Shown here one piece after another: positions 30,173 to 39,765 of a stretch of 64,000 bases of DNA. Under the pieces are notes generated by a model that saw only the letters and a program-made list of their open reading frames with translations, was not told where the DNA came from and searched no databases. Numbering within the stretch: position 1 is the stretch's first letter; each line of letters begins with the position of its first letter. This DNA is from a virus: the IMG/VR virus record IMGVR_UViG_3300030497_000008, positions 97,392 to 161,391 of that record. The stretch is one strand, 5' to 3'. A program made the translations under genes and the position numbers.

Positions 30173-30394
30173 ATGAATTTACGAGAGTTTGAAGAATTTA
30201 TTGCGAATATACGTGCGGCAGGTGCTACAGATGAGACGAGAATCATTTCGTACTCGTCAACTCCCTACGAGGAGATTGCAGACGTCGTGATGTTCGATAG
30301 AGACGATGATAGCATTATCATCCAAGATACATATCCTACAGCAGAAGAATTTAATATACGTGAGGTGTTTATTTCGGGGGAGGCTTACCTATGA
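30173..30394 (+). CDS. hypothetical protein (paralog of next gene)
   Basis: Shared R..GATD...I pattern. Confidence 0.7.
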   Translation: MNLREFEEFIANIRAAGATDETRIISYSSTPYEEIADVVMFDRDDDSIIIQDTYPTAEEFNIREVFISGEAYL

Positions 30395-30609
30395 GACTTG
30401 ATGACTTAGAAGTTTTATTGAAAGAAGCTAGGAAACGCGGGGCTACAGATAGCTCAGAAATACATTTAGGTACAGACCATCCTTGGAATTTAACTGTCGA
30501 AACTGTATTTATCGATGGGGATAATGACGTCGTATTAGGTGACGCTGATGCTTTTTGGAATTTCCTTGCGTATGATTTAGAAGAGGTAACAGAGCCAGAG
30601 GTAGAATAG
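30391..30609 (+). CDS. hypothetical protein
   Basis: Paralog of previous gene. Confidence 0.7.
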   Translation: MRLDDLEVLLKEARKRGATDSSEIHLGTDHPWNLTVETVFIDGDNDVVLGDADAFWNFLAYDLEEVTEPEVE

Positions 30610-30619
30610 GAGGTAGCAG

Positions 30620-31147
30620 ATGGATATTAAGGTAGACAACTTGGATTTTGATACGTTACGACTTATCGATGAGAACGGTCAGTATCAGCAGTATAACTTA
30701 AAACAAGAATTAAAGATTAATGAGAGCATTCTCCAGCAGGAAATGCTAGAGCAGCCATCGAAATACATATATTGGTCATCTCTATTAGAGAAGCTACGAT
30801 ACTATCAAGAACTAGAGGATTTAAAACTAGAGAAGATTGTAGCTGGACTAGACGGAGATGCAAGAGCACATATCAAAAAGAACGATGGTAAGCCAACGAA
30901 AGACCAAGTAGATGCATACATAAAACAGCAAGACGAATATATCACACAAAGGCAACGATGCATTCATTATGACCACATCATAGGTCGTGTACAACGTATC
31001 GTAAAAGCCTTTGAGCAACGGAAAGACATGATTCAATCATATGGTAAACAAGTAGCTAATGACTGGTCATACGGTCACGGAGCGGGCTCTAAGAGTGAAA
31101 TCGGTGATTACTCTCATAAAGTGCAGCCGCAAGTAGGAGGCTACTAA
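30620..31147 (+). CDS. UvsY-like recombination mediator
   Basis: Helical protein with AFEQRKDMIQ motif upstream of SSB and RecA. Confidence 0.6.
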   Translation: MDIKVDNLDFDTLRLIDENGQYQQYNLKQELKINESILQQEMLEQPSKYIYWSSLLEKLRYYQELEDLKLEKIVAGLDGDARAHIKKNDGKPTKDQVDAYIKQQDEYITQRQRCIHYDHIIGRVQRIVKAFEQRKDMIQSYGKQVANDWSYGHGAGSKSEIGDYSHKVQPQVGGY

Positions 31148-31351
31148 ATGATTTCATATATAAAAGATTTGTATAATAGCCCCGCATATGCGGAATTGCG
31201 TGATTCTTTAGAAGTTTTAGAACCTGTACACTTTAAAGATAAATACTACTCTTTCTGGTTTATTGAAGGTAACGTAGAAGGAGTATTAGTGGCTATGAGT
31301 CCAGAAGGTAGATACATCTTTACACTGGAAGGAGAGATTGAGTTAGTATGA
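31148..31351 (+). CDS. hypothetical protein
   Basis: ORF with RBS. Confidence 0.65.
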   Translation: MISYIKDLYNSPAYAELRDSLEVLEPVHFKDKYYSFWFIEGNVEGVLVAMSPEGRYIFTLEGEIELV

Positions 31352-31524
31352 GCCAGAAGTTATTTAACTTTCTAGTTATTGTCGGAATCCTTGTGCTAGT
31401 AGGTGGTGTCATTACGGGTATAGTTGCTTTAGAGCGTTACCGTTATCACACGTTCTTAGAAGTAACACACTCTGATATCGGGTACTTCCAATGGAAACTG
31501 ACTTTTGATAGTGGTAAAAAATAA
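31348..31524 (+). CDS. small membrane protein (not in track)
   Basis: ATGA overlap; one hydrophobic helix. Confidence 0.6.
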   Translation: MSQKLFNFLVIVGILVLVGGVITGIVALERYRYHTFLEVTHSDIGYFQWKLTFDSGKK

Positions 31525-31536
31525 AGGAGGGTATAT

Positions 31537-31830
31537 ATGTTTGGTTTAGACTTAGAATGGCTATCTGAACGATTCATTAAAGGTAATGCAGCTAATACAG
31601 AAGTAGGCGACAAAGTATACATAAAAGGTTTAGACGGATTTGATGAGGTTATGTTCCCTCACATTGTACATGCAGTTGTAGCGCGAGACATCTCTTCTGG
31701 AGGTCAAGACGCTATCTATACAATGGAGGATAACAAACAAGAGTATATTCCTCCGTCGGAACGCGGTATGTGTAAGATAACATCGTGGTATAAGAAGAAG
31801 CCATTCAATAATACCGTTCCTATGGAATAA
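31537..31830 (+). CDS. hypothetical protein
   Basis: Strong RBS. Confidence 0.7.
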   Translation: MFGLDLEWLSERFIKGNAANTEVGDKVYIKGLDGFDEVMFPHIVHAVVARDISSGGQDAIYTMEDNKQEYIPPSERGMCKITSWYKKKPFNNTVPME

Positions 31831-31860
31831 AAAAGTTTTTAAAATATTTTAAAAATTCCG

Positions 31861-31889
31861 TTGACTTTCTATTAGAATAATGGTATACT
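31861..31889 (+). promoter_or_regulatory. sigma-A promoter for ssb-recA
   Basis: TTGACT-N17-TATACT, extended TG, AT-rich UP element. Confidence 0.8.
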
Positions 31890-31921
31890 AATAGAGTACT
31901 AAACAAGAGGAGGAGAGAACG

Positions 31922-32110
31922 ATGACTAAAGGAAACCATGCAATGCCTAACGAAGGCGAGAAAGGAATGAAACGTAATCAACTCACAAACAGCAAGTTAA
32001 CTGGACAAGCCGCTAATGCGACGATACAAGGAGCTAATAGCTCGTTAATATTACTACATAATAAAAACAAACAAAAATTAGGAGGCAATATAATATATGA
32101 ATTTTGCTGA
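31922..32110 (+). CDS. leader ORF overlapping the ssb start
   Basis: GAGGAGG RBS; coding status uncertain. Confidence 0.4.
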   Translation: MTKGNHAMPNEGEKGMKRNQLTNSKLTGQAANATIQGANSSLILLHNKNKQKLGGNIIYEFC

Positions 32111-33398
32111 AATTATCGAACAACAACGTAAGGAATTAGAATCACAAGGAGGTAGTGATAATCCTAGAGTTGTTTATCCAGCGTCTAAGCACAAACGCCT
32201 ATTCTTCAACAAAGATGTAAAAGAAGTATTCGTTCAAATTTTACCATCCGCTGATTTAGTAAGTGGATTCGCAGTACATAACCGTAAAATCTTCTTATCT
32301 GCAACAACATCTAAAGGTAAGAAAATTAACTCTAACTTCACGTTAGATGGGCATCCGAACGAAGGTTCTCTATTAGAGAATAAAATCGCTGAGTGGTCTG
32401 AAAAAGGTATGATTCCTACAGGTTTCGGGGGACAACAAAAACCAAAACAATACTACACAGCTAACGTTGTACAAGTATTCGAAGACCAACAAGGTAACTT
32501 CTTCCATGAACGAGACCAACAAGGCAACTTAATTGTACGATTATTCGATATCCCACACTCTGCTTACAAAACAATCATCAACGCGTTTGGTGATAAACGT
32601 TTAGCACGACAACGTGAGTTATCATTCATTGACCCGAACCAAGGCTCTCCAGTATTAATCAAGAAGCCAGCTAAAGGTCAAATGGAATACCCTGTAACAA
32701 TCTATCAAGATTTCTTACCACCATTAGGACAAGGTTGGGAAACTCAGTTAGAAGACTTACATGCACATTGCGTACCAACTGAACGACTTGAGAATGGGTA
32801 CTTATGGGTTGAAACATTCGTAAATATCTTAGAAGGTAAAACGAGTAACGGAAATGCAGCTCCAGCAGCACCGCAAACTCAAGCGGTAGGAAATCCTTAC
32901 GCAGCTCAAGGACAGTTACAAGTACCAAACCAAGGTAATCCATTCGTGCAGCAACAACCGCAAACACAACAACCTGTGTACAGCCAAAACTTACATAACG
33001 TTCCACCGTATCAACAACAGCAACAACAGCAGCCTGTAATTAACATGCCGACAGGTATGACGCAGCAACAACCGCAATACCAACAGCCAGTGAATCAACA
33101 ACAGGTAGCACCACTGACTACAGGAGCTTATGTAGCGCCTATGACAACTGGACAAGCACCAGAACAACCTACATATCAAGCACCACAACAACCTGTGAAC
33201 CAAGTTCCAGCGCAACAGTCAGTACCCGTAAATCAAACGCCACAGTTTGAGCCAGACCCTCTTGATTTCAATATCGAGACTAATTTAGAGGTTAACGGAG
33301 GAGTTAATACAACTGAACCTGATTTATCATCATTACCTACAAACAGCAATGGTTTAGCTGACATTAACTCTCTTATCGACCAAGAGTTAGGAATCTAA
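32097..33398 (+). CDS. single-stranded DNA-binding protein (gp32-like)
   Basis: Position before recA; folded N-domain, Q/P-rich linker, acidic tail. Confidence 0.7.
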   Translation: MNFAEIIEQQRKELESQGGSDNPRVVYPASKHKRLFFNKDVKEVFVQILPSADLVSGFAVHNRKIFLSATTSKGKKINSNFTLDGHPNEGSLLENKIAEWSEKGMIPTGFGGQQKPKQYYTANVVQVFEDQQGNFFHERDQQGNLIVRLFDIPHSAYKTIINAFGDKRLARQRELSFIDPNQGSPVLIKKPAKGQMEYPVTIYQDFLPPLGQGWETQLEDLHAHCVPTERLENGYLWVETFVNILEGKTSNGNAAPAAPQTQAVGNPYAAQGQLQVPNQGNPFVQQQPQTQQPVYSQNLHNVPPYQQQQQQQPVINMPTGMTQQQPQYQQPVNQQQVAPLTTGAYVAPMTTGQAPEQPTYQAPQQPVNQVPAQQSVPVNQTPQFEPDPLDFNIETNLEVNGGVNTTEPDLSSLPTNSNGLADINSLIDQELGI

Positions 33399-33467
33399 TA
33401 GAGACTAGTAACCTAGTCTCTCCCCTTAAGGGGTTCGATATGAAAACATTAGGAGGAATACATACAT

Positions 33468-34667
33468 ATGGTAAAAGCAGTTAAAACAAACGATGTGGAT
33501 TTTGATTTATCGGTATTGACAGATATTGATTCTGGTTTAGTCTTATTACAAGACTCTGACTATGCAGAAATCAAAGATAGACTGCCAATGTTTATCCCGC
33601 GATTAGATAGAATCTTAGGTGGAGGATTACCGTTCGGTCGTATGATTGAGGTAGCAGGTGTGCCATCAGGTGGTAAATCCACATTATCTCATCATATCAT
33701 GCGCGTAGCAACTCACTTAGGGTGTATCTGTGTTCTGATTGACGTAGAGGGTACAAGTGATAAGTATCGACTAGCACAGTTAGGAATCGATACAAGAAAA
33801 GTAATCGTTAAGCAGCCTGACATTACAAAAGGTACAGCGTTAACAGTAGAAGAAGTAGGCGAGACGATTGAGAAGACATTAGAGCTATTTAAAGCTAAGT
33901 TCCCTGACAAACCTGTTGTCTACGTATGGGACTCTGTTGGACAAACCCCTTCTATGGTAGAGTTAGCGAAAGACTTCGGTGAACAGAATGTAGGAGCTCG
34001 TGCAAAGGCTATTACACAGTTCGTTACAAAGGTCGCACCATTAATTTCACAAACTAAATCTCTATTCGTAGGGATTAACCAAGTACGTGACGATATCGGT
34101 GGTAACCCAATGTTCGCTCAAGTAAAAGTGCCAGGGGGTAAAGCTTGGGAGCATGCTGCATCTATTCGTCTATTAATCAAGAAAAGTTCTGCAATCACAA
34201 AGACTATCAAAGGTCAGAAAGAACACTTAGGGCATCACATGAAAGTGAAAACAAATAAGAATAAGACTTGCCGACCAATGCAAGAGGTCACAACTTACTT
34301 ATTAGCGGACACTGGTGTGGACTACGAGTACAACTTAATCAACATGGCTATTGATGAGAAGATTGCAAGCAAGTCAGGTCAAAGCTATGTGTACAAAGAC
34401 CTAGCTGGTATCGAGCATAAGAAGGTAGAGCAAAATTTCCTTGATTGGATGCGCGATGATGAGGAAGGTAATAGGGTTCGTCAAGAGCTATTAAACCGCT
34501 TAATCGAGATTGAATACGATGGAGCTATTTACCCAGCGTTACGAAATGAAACATTACCACTAGATGGATGGCTCGACCAAGTATTTGACCCTGCTGAGGT
34601 AGCAGAAGACGATACGTCAATTGTAAATATCCAGAAAGCGGAGTCGTTAGACGAGTTACTAGATTAG
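33468..34667 (+). CDS. recA: RecA/UvsX-like recombinase
   Basis: GGLPFGR, GVPSGGKST, VWDSV, INQVR, PGGKA. Confidence 0.93.
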   Translation: MVKAVKTNDVDFDLSVLTDIDSGLVLLQDSDYAEIKDRLPMFIPRLDRILGGGLPFGRMIEVAGVPSGGKSTLSHHIMRVATHLGCICVLIDVEGTSDKYRLAQLGIDTRKVIVKQPDITKGTALTVEEVGETIEKTLELFKAKFPDKPVVYVWDSVGQTPSMVELAKDFGEQNVGARAKAITQFVTKVAPLISQTKSLFVGINQVRDDIGGNPMFAQVKVPGGKAWEHAASIRLLIKKSSAITKTIKGQKEHLGHHMKVKTNKNKTCRPMQEVTTYLLADTGVDYEYNLINMAIDEKIASKSGQSYVYKDLAGIEHKKVEQNFLDWMRDDEEGNRVRQELLNRLIEIEYDGAIYPALRNETLPLDGWLDQVFDPAEVAEDDTSIVNIQKAESLDELLD

Positions 34668-34710
34668 GAGGGAGAGGTTAATTCCTCTTCCTTTATTACA
34701 TATAGGGGGA

Positions 34711-35070
34711 TTGTTGATGCAGCAAAAGCAGACAAGAGCGGATGTCATCAGTGAAGCGTTAGACTGTTACAGAGTACGCACAGTAGTGGAGGAGGATACA
34801 GCTCCGTTATCTTACAATGTCGTGAAAGAGCGTATCGATAAGATTATTAAGGATGGTAAGCCTATCATTCTAGAAATTAAAGATGCGTACAGTGTTCAAA
34901 CGTCTATGGTTATCTTAGAGGAATCATACGACCGATGGGCTAAGGGGTATTCTACTTGTTACTACGACGGTGAAGAGGTGAAAGTACCTTATACAATCCA
35001 TTACTCTGACATCCTTTGTAAAAGGGTAGGCGTGAAGACGATAGTGAAGGGTATGAATCCGATTGGGTAG
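34711..35070 (+). CDS. conserved hypothetical protein
   Basis: Lies between recA and sigma as in Twort-like phages. Confidence 0.7.
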   Translation: MLMQQKQTRADVISEALDCYRVRTVVEEDTAPLSYNVVKERIDKIIKDGKPIILEIKDAYSVQTSMVILEESYDRWAKGYSTCYYDGEEVKVPYTIHYSDILCKRVGVKTIVKGMNPIG

Positions 35071-35707
35071 AAAATTAGAACAAGAAGAACAACGTACATT
35101 AAATGGGAATAGGTTTTTAAAGAACGTAGAAGCCACTACAGGCGTCCTATCGCGTGATACAGACCAATTGTTTCACCAATACAAAAACCTTCGTGTAGCC
35201 GTGTATAACGAGTTTAAAGGATACATCTCCGATGAAGCTACTCGAAAGGAATTATGGAGTTACATATCAGAGCATTTCGTACGATTGGTAAAAGAATATC
35301 ATATCAATGGTGAGGTTGATTTCCCTTACTACATTAAGAATAAACTCAAGCTACGAGTAAAGAACAGCTTTATCAAGAACAACTACCGAGATAAGAACCG
35401 CGTATTTGTTACAAGAAAAGATGTGGATGTAGCGAACTTAATCGAGGAAGAAGAAGCACACGATATTGAACTAGACTACTATGAAGTCCTTGAGTATGTA
35501 CTATACGGTGTACATCTGGACGAGATAGATAGGGATATCCTGTACCTGCTTATCAGTGAGCAAAAAGATAACTACATAGAAAAGATTCTGTACAGTAGAT
35601 ATGCAAAAGAAGGTGTGGCGGCTCTAACAATCCAAGAGAAGATTGCGGATTTAAAAGAGTTACTACGTACTAGATTGCATGAATCTCTGGAAAGGAGAAA
35701 TCGATGA
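35063..35707 (+). CDS. phage RNA polymerase sigma factor (late type)
   Basis: Region-2-like FVRLVKEY...DFPYYIK; conserved position after recA. Confidence 0.75.
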   Translation: MGRKLEQEEQRTLNGNRFLKNVEATTGVLSRDTDQLFHQYKNLRVAVYNEFKGYISDEATRKELWSYISEHFVRLVKEYHINGEVDFPYYIKNKLKLRVKNSFIKNNYRDKNRVFVTRKDVDVANLIEEEEAHDIELDYYEVLEYVLYGVHLDEIDRDILYLLISEQKDNYIEKILYSRYAKEGVAALTIQEKIADLKELLRTRLHESLERRNR

Positions 35708-35874
35708 AGGTAATAGTAGAAATGGATATCGAATTTGATAATCTCCCTGATGATTTTTATTTAAACAAATCAACTAAAGAGGAGCTGGTAGAGGATTGGT
35801 TACTAGACGTAGCCGATGAGTATACCAATACCAGCCTCTCAGTAAATAGAGTGGAGGTTCTCGATGAACGCTAA
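35704..35874 (+). CDS. small acidic protein (not in track)
   Basis: AAAGGAG RBS, ATGA overlap. Confidence 0.55.
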   Translation: MKVIVEMDIEFDNLPDDFYLNKSTKEELVEDWLLDVADEYTNTSLSVNRVEVLDER

Positions 35875-36010
35875 AGTAGTTTTGGATGTGTGGTTTGATG
35901 TAGATAGTATGAACGAAAATGATGTGAAGAATGTCATAGAGGATGCGATAGATTCGTATCATGGCTGCGCTCATATATACTCTGTGGAGTTAACACCAGA
36001 CGAAGATTAA
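35864..36010 (+). CDS. small acidic protein (not in track)
   Basis: GGAGGT RBS. Confidence 0.55.
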   Translation: MNAKVVLDVWFDVDSMNENDVKNVIEDAIDSYHGCAHIYSVELTPDED

Positions 36011-36027
36011 GAAATACCTCTACGAAC

Positions 36028-36040
36028 TGCTATATTATAT
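36028..36040 (+). promoter_or_regulatory. putative late promoter TGCTATATTATAT
   Basis: Resembles the Twort/A511-type late motif; sits before the holin with no -35. Confidence 0.55.
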
Positions 36041-36057
36041 ACAGAAAACTATGAGAG

Positions 36058-36369
36058 GTGGATAATATGGATAATCAAAACCATAAAGAACAAACGGTAT
36101 TCGTACCAGAGGAAGCACCTGCAATTACCGCAGGTACATTAGTGCGCTTTGTTGTGTTCCTAGTAGCGATTGTGAATGCTATCTCAGCTATGTTAGGTCA
36201 TGCATTGAACTGGGATGTAGACCAAAACATGCTGTATGAAGTATTCTCAGCAATCCTGTTACTTGTATCAGCAGGTCACATGGCTTGGAAGAACAACAAC
36301 GTCACAAAGCAAGCCCGTATTAAGGCTCATGTAGCAGAGCAAATTACAAACGATAAGGAGACTAAATAA
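36058..36369 (+). CDS. holin (SPP1-type)
   Basis: TAGTLVR..vN, two TM helices, WKNNNVT motif. Confidence 0.8.
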   Translation: MDNMDNQNHKEQTVFVPEEAPAITAGTLVRFVVFLVAIVNAISAMLGHALNWDVDQNMLYEVFSAILLLVSAGHMAWKNNNVTKQARIKAHVAEQITNDKETK

Positions 36370-36851
36370 TGGCTAAATTATTATCAGAAGTTTTGAAACA
36401 AGCAACGATTACACTAAATGAGGGTGACTACTTAGCAACTTATGTTCACTCAGAAGGGTACTTACCATCACGTGAAGATACTGTAAATCTAGCACAAGGT
36501 AAAGTATTATTCAAGGTTATTGCTGCTGATGGCGGTAAGCATGTCGTTCCTGTAGAGGTCGGTGAAGGTGGTAAAGGTCTAGTAGAAGTGAAAGACCGAC
36601 CTATCATCCGTGCTAAAGGTACAGAGATTGTATACACAGTCGGACGCAATCACCCTACATACCGTGATGGTTACCAAGGTCGAGGTTTCGATACAGTTAC
36701 AGGTATCAAAGCAGAAGCGTTAGACCGAGAAATCTTAATCGCATTCTTACAATTCGCAAATACAGAGTATTCTCTAGGAGTAAACGACTTCCGCTTAGGT
36801 GGAGAAGAGTTACTGGACTTAGGTACTCCAACACCTCCAGTAGGAGGCTAA
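36369..36851 (+). CDS. hypothetical protein, possibly virion-associated
   Basis: Coupled to the holin in the late unit. Confidence 0.55.
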   Translation: MAKLLSEVLKQATITLNEGDYLATYVHSEGYLPSREDTVNLAQGKVLFKVIAADGGKHVVPVEVGEGGKGLVEVKDRPIIRAKGTEIVYTVGRNHPTYRDGYQGRGFDTVTGIKAEALDREILIAFLQFANTEYSLGVNDFRLGGEELLDLGTPTPPVGG

Positions 36852-36863
36852 TAAACTACTAAG

Positions 36864-36894
36864 ATAGAAGGTCTAAAAGCCTTCTATTTTTTTA
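36864..36894 (+). terminator. intrinsic terminator
   Basis: ATAGAAGG/CCTTCTAT stem followed by T run. Confidence 0.8.
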
Positions 36895-36905
36895 TGTAAA
36901 ATTGG

Positions 36906-36934
36906 TTGACTTTACTAGTTTTATATGTTATTAT
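36906..36934 (+). promoter_or_regulatory. sigma-A promoter
   Basis: TTGACT-N17-TATTAT with extended TG. Confidence 0.6.
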
Positions 36935-36965
36935 TTTTATATACTTAATAAAAGGAGGAGAATGC

Positions 36966-37445
36966 ATGGGAAACTACACAGGTCTTCGTATGAAAGTCTA
37001 TGTAAAACCAGAGTACAGAGACCTAATTAAGAAGGTTCATGAATATGGCATGGAAGATTGGGAGGATTTCGTTCCAGAGTATCCGTTCTTAGCAGCGTTT
37101 GCTCACAAGGATAGAAACACATTTATACCGCATGGTTCGATATGCTATATGCCTGAGTCTTGGGCTTCGTGGGACGATGACACACACGTAAAAACAATAC
37201 ATAATGGGTTTGAACATAGTTTTAATGAGAAGACAGGTTACTGGACATTTGCATGCAGCTTAAAGAACTATGCAGGTGAGATTGGTATCTTCTTAGAGAG
37301 CGTAGCATCGCAAATTGTACAGCCTTTAATGCCACAATACATAGAAGTTCTTTACGAAGAATGGACAAGCGGTAAGTTATACGAGGTCGATACGAATGGG
37401 GAACTTGGGATTGTAGGTTACAAAGAATATGAGGAGGATTTTTGA
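36966..37445 (+). CDS. conserved phage protein
   Basis: Start re-chosen after AAAGGAGG; MGxYT and CSLKNY motifs. Confidence 0.7.
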   Translation: MGNYTGLRMKVYVKPEYRDLIKKVHEYGMEDWEDFVPEYPFLAAFAHKDRNTFIPHGSICYMPESWASWDDDTHVKTIHNGFEHSFNEKTGYWTFACSLKNYAGEIGIFLESVASQIVQPLMPQYIEVLYEEWTSGKLYEVDTNGELGIVGYKEYEEDF

Positions 37446-38425
37446 TGGAAAAAGAGATAGTAAAAGTGTTTACTACAGGTTCTTTTGAGAACGTTGTAGG
37501 CGTTGCTATGTTAGAAGAGATTCTATGTACACCTAAAGATGATGGTGCAGAGCCTTTTCTAGGGATTACAGGTTTCGATGTAGAAGTCGAATACGTTAAG
37601 TATTTAGATTTCCGTAATGTCGAACAGTTTAAAGGTTATAAGAACATTATCATCATGGGATGCGCTTATATGGGCGGTAATCTACCAGCAGAACTAGCTA
37701 TTGAGTTGGACAACCCTTTTACGAATGTATTACATGTTGCAACATTTGGTGAACCACTACCTTATGAGCATGTTGTATCGTTAGTAGAAGAAGATAAAGC
37801 ATCAGCAGCTACAGTACTTCAAGTATTACAGACAGCGAATGTGTTAACAGCTATCGCGAATAACGGTAACTACTCCAAGAAGGCAGAAGCGTTAGCAGAG
37901 GCTGCAAATGATTATCATAACTGGACGTGGTACGATAATAAAATTACGAAGATTTTGAAATCTTTACATAACGCTCATGGTAAGTACTTACCGCATCTAT
38001 TAAAAGGGAAAACTGTAAATTCTGTAGTGAAAGAGCAGCAGCATGCTATTGCAGGGCAGCTTATGATGATGGAAGAATACATAGAAGACAAATTGAAACA
38101 AGCCATTACATTCCGTAGTCGTATTGGCGGAGTAGAGTGTATGGTTCGTACTACATATGCAGAGCAGCACGTAAACGAAGTAGCAAATAGATTACTAGAA
38201 ATGAATTCATACGGAATCCCTGTAGTCGCTTGTGTGGGTAGAACAACAAACGGAAACGACATGTTCTCTATTCGTACTAAAGGTGTACGTGCTGATGACT
38301 TTATTCAGAGTATCACAGGAGAGCGTACAGGTAAAGAGAAAGTTGGTAACCTATTTGTTCCAATTAAATACAACGACTTAATGAGTAAGAGTATGATGGA
38401 AGCTTTAAATCACGCAAATGGTTAA
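37442..38425 (+). CDS. DHH/DHHA1-like protein, apparently degenerate
   Basis: NDYHNWTW and FSIRT resemble DHH-family segments; no DHH motif. Confidence 0.4.
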   Translation: MMEKEIVKVFTTGSFENVVGVAMLEEILCTPKDDGAEPFLGITGFDVEVEYVKYLDFRNVEQFKGYKNIIIMGCAYMGGNLPAELAIELDNPFTNVLHVATFGEPLPYEHVVSLVEEDKASAATVLQVLQTANVLTAIANNGNYSKKAEALAEAANDYHNWTWYDNKITKILKSLHNAHGKYLPHLLKGKTVNSVVKEQQHAIAGQLMMMEEYIEDKLKQAITFRSRIGGVECMVRTTYAEQHVNEVANRLLEMNSYGIPVVACVGRTTNGNDMFSIRTKGVRADDFIQSITGERTGKEKVGNLFVPIKYNDLMSKSMMEALNHANG

Positions 38426-38454
38426 AACACTACTAGAGAGAGGAAGACGTTAAT

Positions 38455-39741
38455 TTGGCAAATGAATTAAAGATTGAGGGCTACGCAGGTACGGCAGCAG
38501 TAGTCATGGGTTATTTGAAACGAGAGAACCAGAAGATTTCTAAAGCAGACTTTAATAAGTTAATCAAAGGCTACGGTTATGACTCTGTTACGATGGATGA
38601 GATTAAGAGCCTAGCAGAAGAGATTAATAGTGATACATTACTATCAACAGCATACCACATGGCACTAGAGGGGAAACTAACATTAGATGATGTACAGCCT
38701 ATCACACCTGAGACTGCTGTGAAAGAGGCTGATGTATTCTCAATGGTAACACCTTATATCATGGAGAAACAAGGCTCTATGGAGTTCTTACGCGAGTTTA
38801 GAAAGCTGCAAAGAGATGGTACGGCTCTTAAGATATTAATGGAGGACTTGAAAGAGTCATTAGCAGAAGAGCTAAAAGATTTACCAACACCTAAGTATCT
38901 TAAAGTGGGGCAGAAGATTCAAGGAGTTCGCAACGGTAAAGCTTTAATCATTGCCTTCTCGGATTGGCACGTAGGACTAGAGACCTTCGGTTCTCGAACA
39001 GGTAACTATAATTTCGAGAGATTAGCTACATCCGTAAACTCTATTGTGGATTGGGCTCTAGAGCAGATGGACGAGCGTACGTTCGAAGAAGTCCATGTCG
39101 TGTTCTTAGGAGATTTAATTGAGAACCAAGTTATGCGTAATACACAATCATTCGATTTAGAGTTCCATATGGCAGCGCAGATTTCTAAATCTTTAAAACT
39201 GATTACGGAAATGCTCCTTAAGCTATCAGAGAAACAACATGTTCACTTTAGTATGATTACGGGGAATCACTCGCGATTCTTCCAGAATAAAAACGACAAC
39301 TTACATAATAATAACGTAGAGTATATCGTACTAGATAACTTGTTCATGCTACAAGAGACCTTAGGGCAACTTCCAAACGTTACATTACACGACAACCGCG
39401 AAGATATGGATAGATTCGATATTGATGTAGTAGGTCATCGTATTGTAGGTGTTCACGGAGATAAGATGCCTAAAGGTAAAGAGAAGATTCCAGTGTACAT
39501 GAAGGATGGTATTGAAATTTCAATCCTATTATCTGGTCACTTACACTCGACAGAGATTGTACAAGAGTCTTACTCTCGATTACATACGCAAGTAGGTTCA
39601 ACTGTAGGAGAGAATGATTATAGCCGCAGCTTGAATTGTCCGATTACAAGTCCTGCTCAGATGGCTATCGTGCTTACGAGAGGACGACATACGAAAGAAT
39701 TAACACCATTAATCTTAGGAGAAAACGGAGAGATTGCATAG
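38455..39741 (+). CDS. calcineurin-like metallophosphoesterase
   Basis: SDWH, GDLIE, GNH, HGD, GHLH. Confidence 0.85.
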   Translation: MANELKIEGYAGTAAVVMGYLKRENQKISKADFNKLIKGYGYDSVTMDEIKSLAEEINSDTLLSTAYHMALEGKLTLDDVQPITPETAVKEADVFSMVTPYIMEKQGSMEFLREFRKLQRDGTALKILMEDLKESLAEELKDLPTPKYLKVGQKIQGVRNGKALIIAFSDWHVGLETFGSRTGNYNFERLATSVNSIVDWALEQMDERTFEEVHVVFLGDLIENQVMRNTQSFDLEFHMAAQISKSLKLITEMLLKLSEKQHVHFSMITGNHSRFFQNKNDNLHNNNVEYIVLDNLFMLQETLGQLPNVTLHDNREDMDRFDIDVVGHRIVGVHGDKMPKGKEKIPVYMKDGIEISILLSGHLHSTEIVQESYSRLHTQVGSTVGENDYSRSLNCPITSPAQMAIVLTRGRHTKELTPLILGENGEIA

Positions 39742-39765
39742 TCTCTCCTAAAGGAGGAAATTATA

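Noticed and set aside
11523-34667. Group I introns or inteins in RNR, polymerase or recA, common in this phage family
   Set aside because: All reading frames are continuous with normal motif spacing, and no intein terminal motifs were seen.
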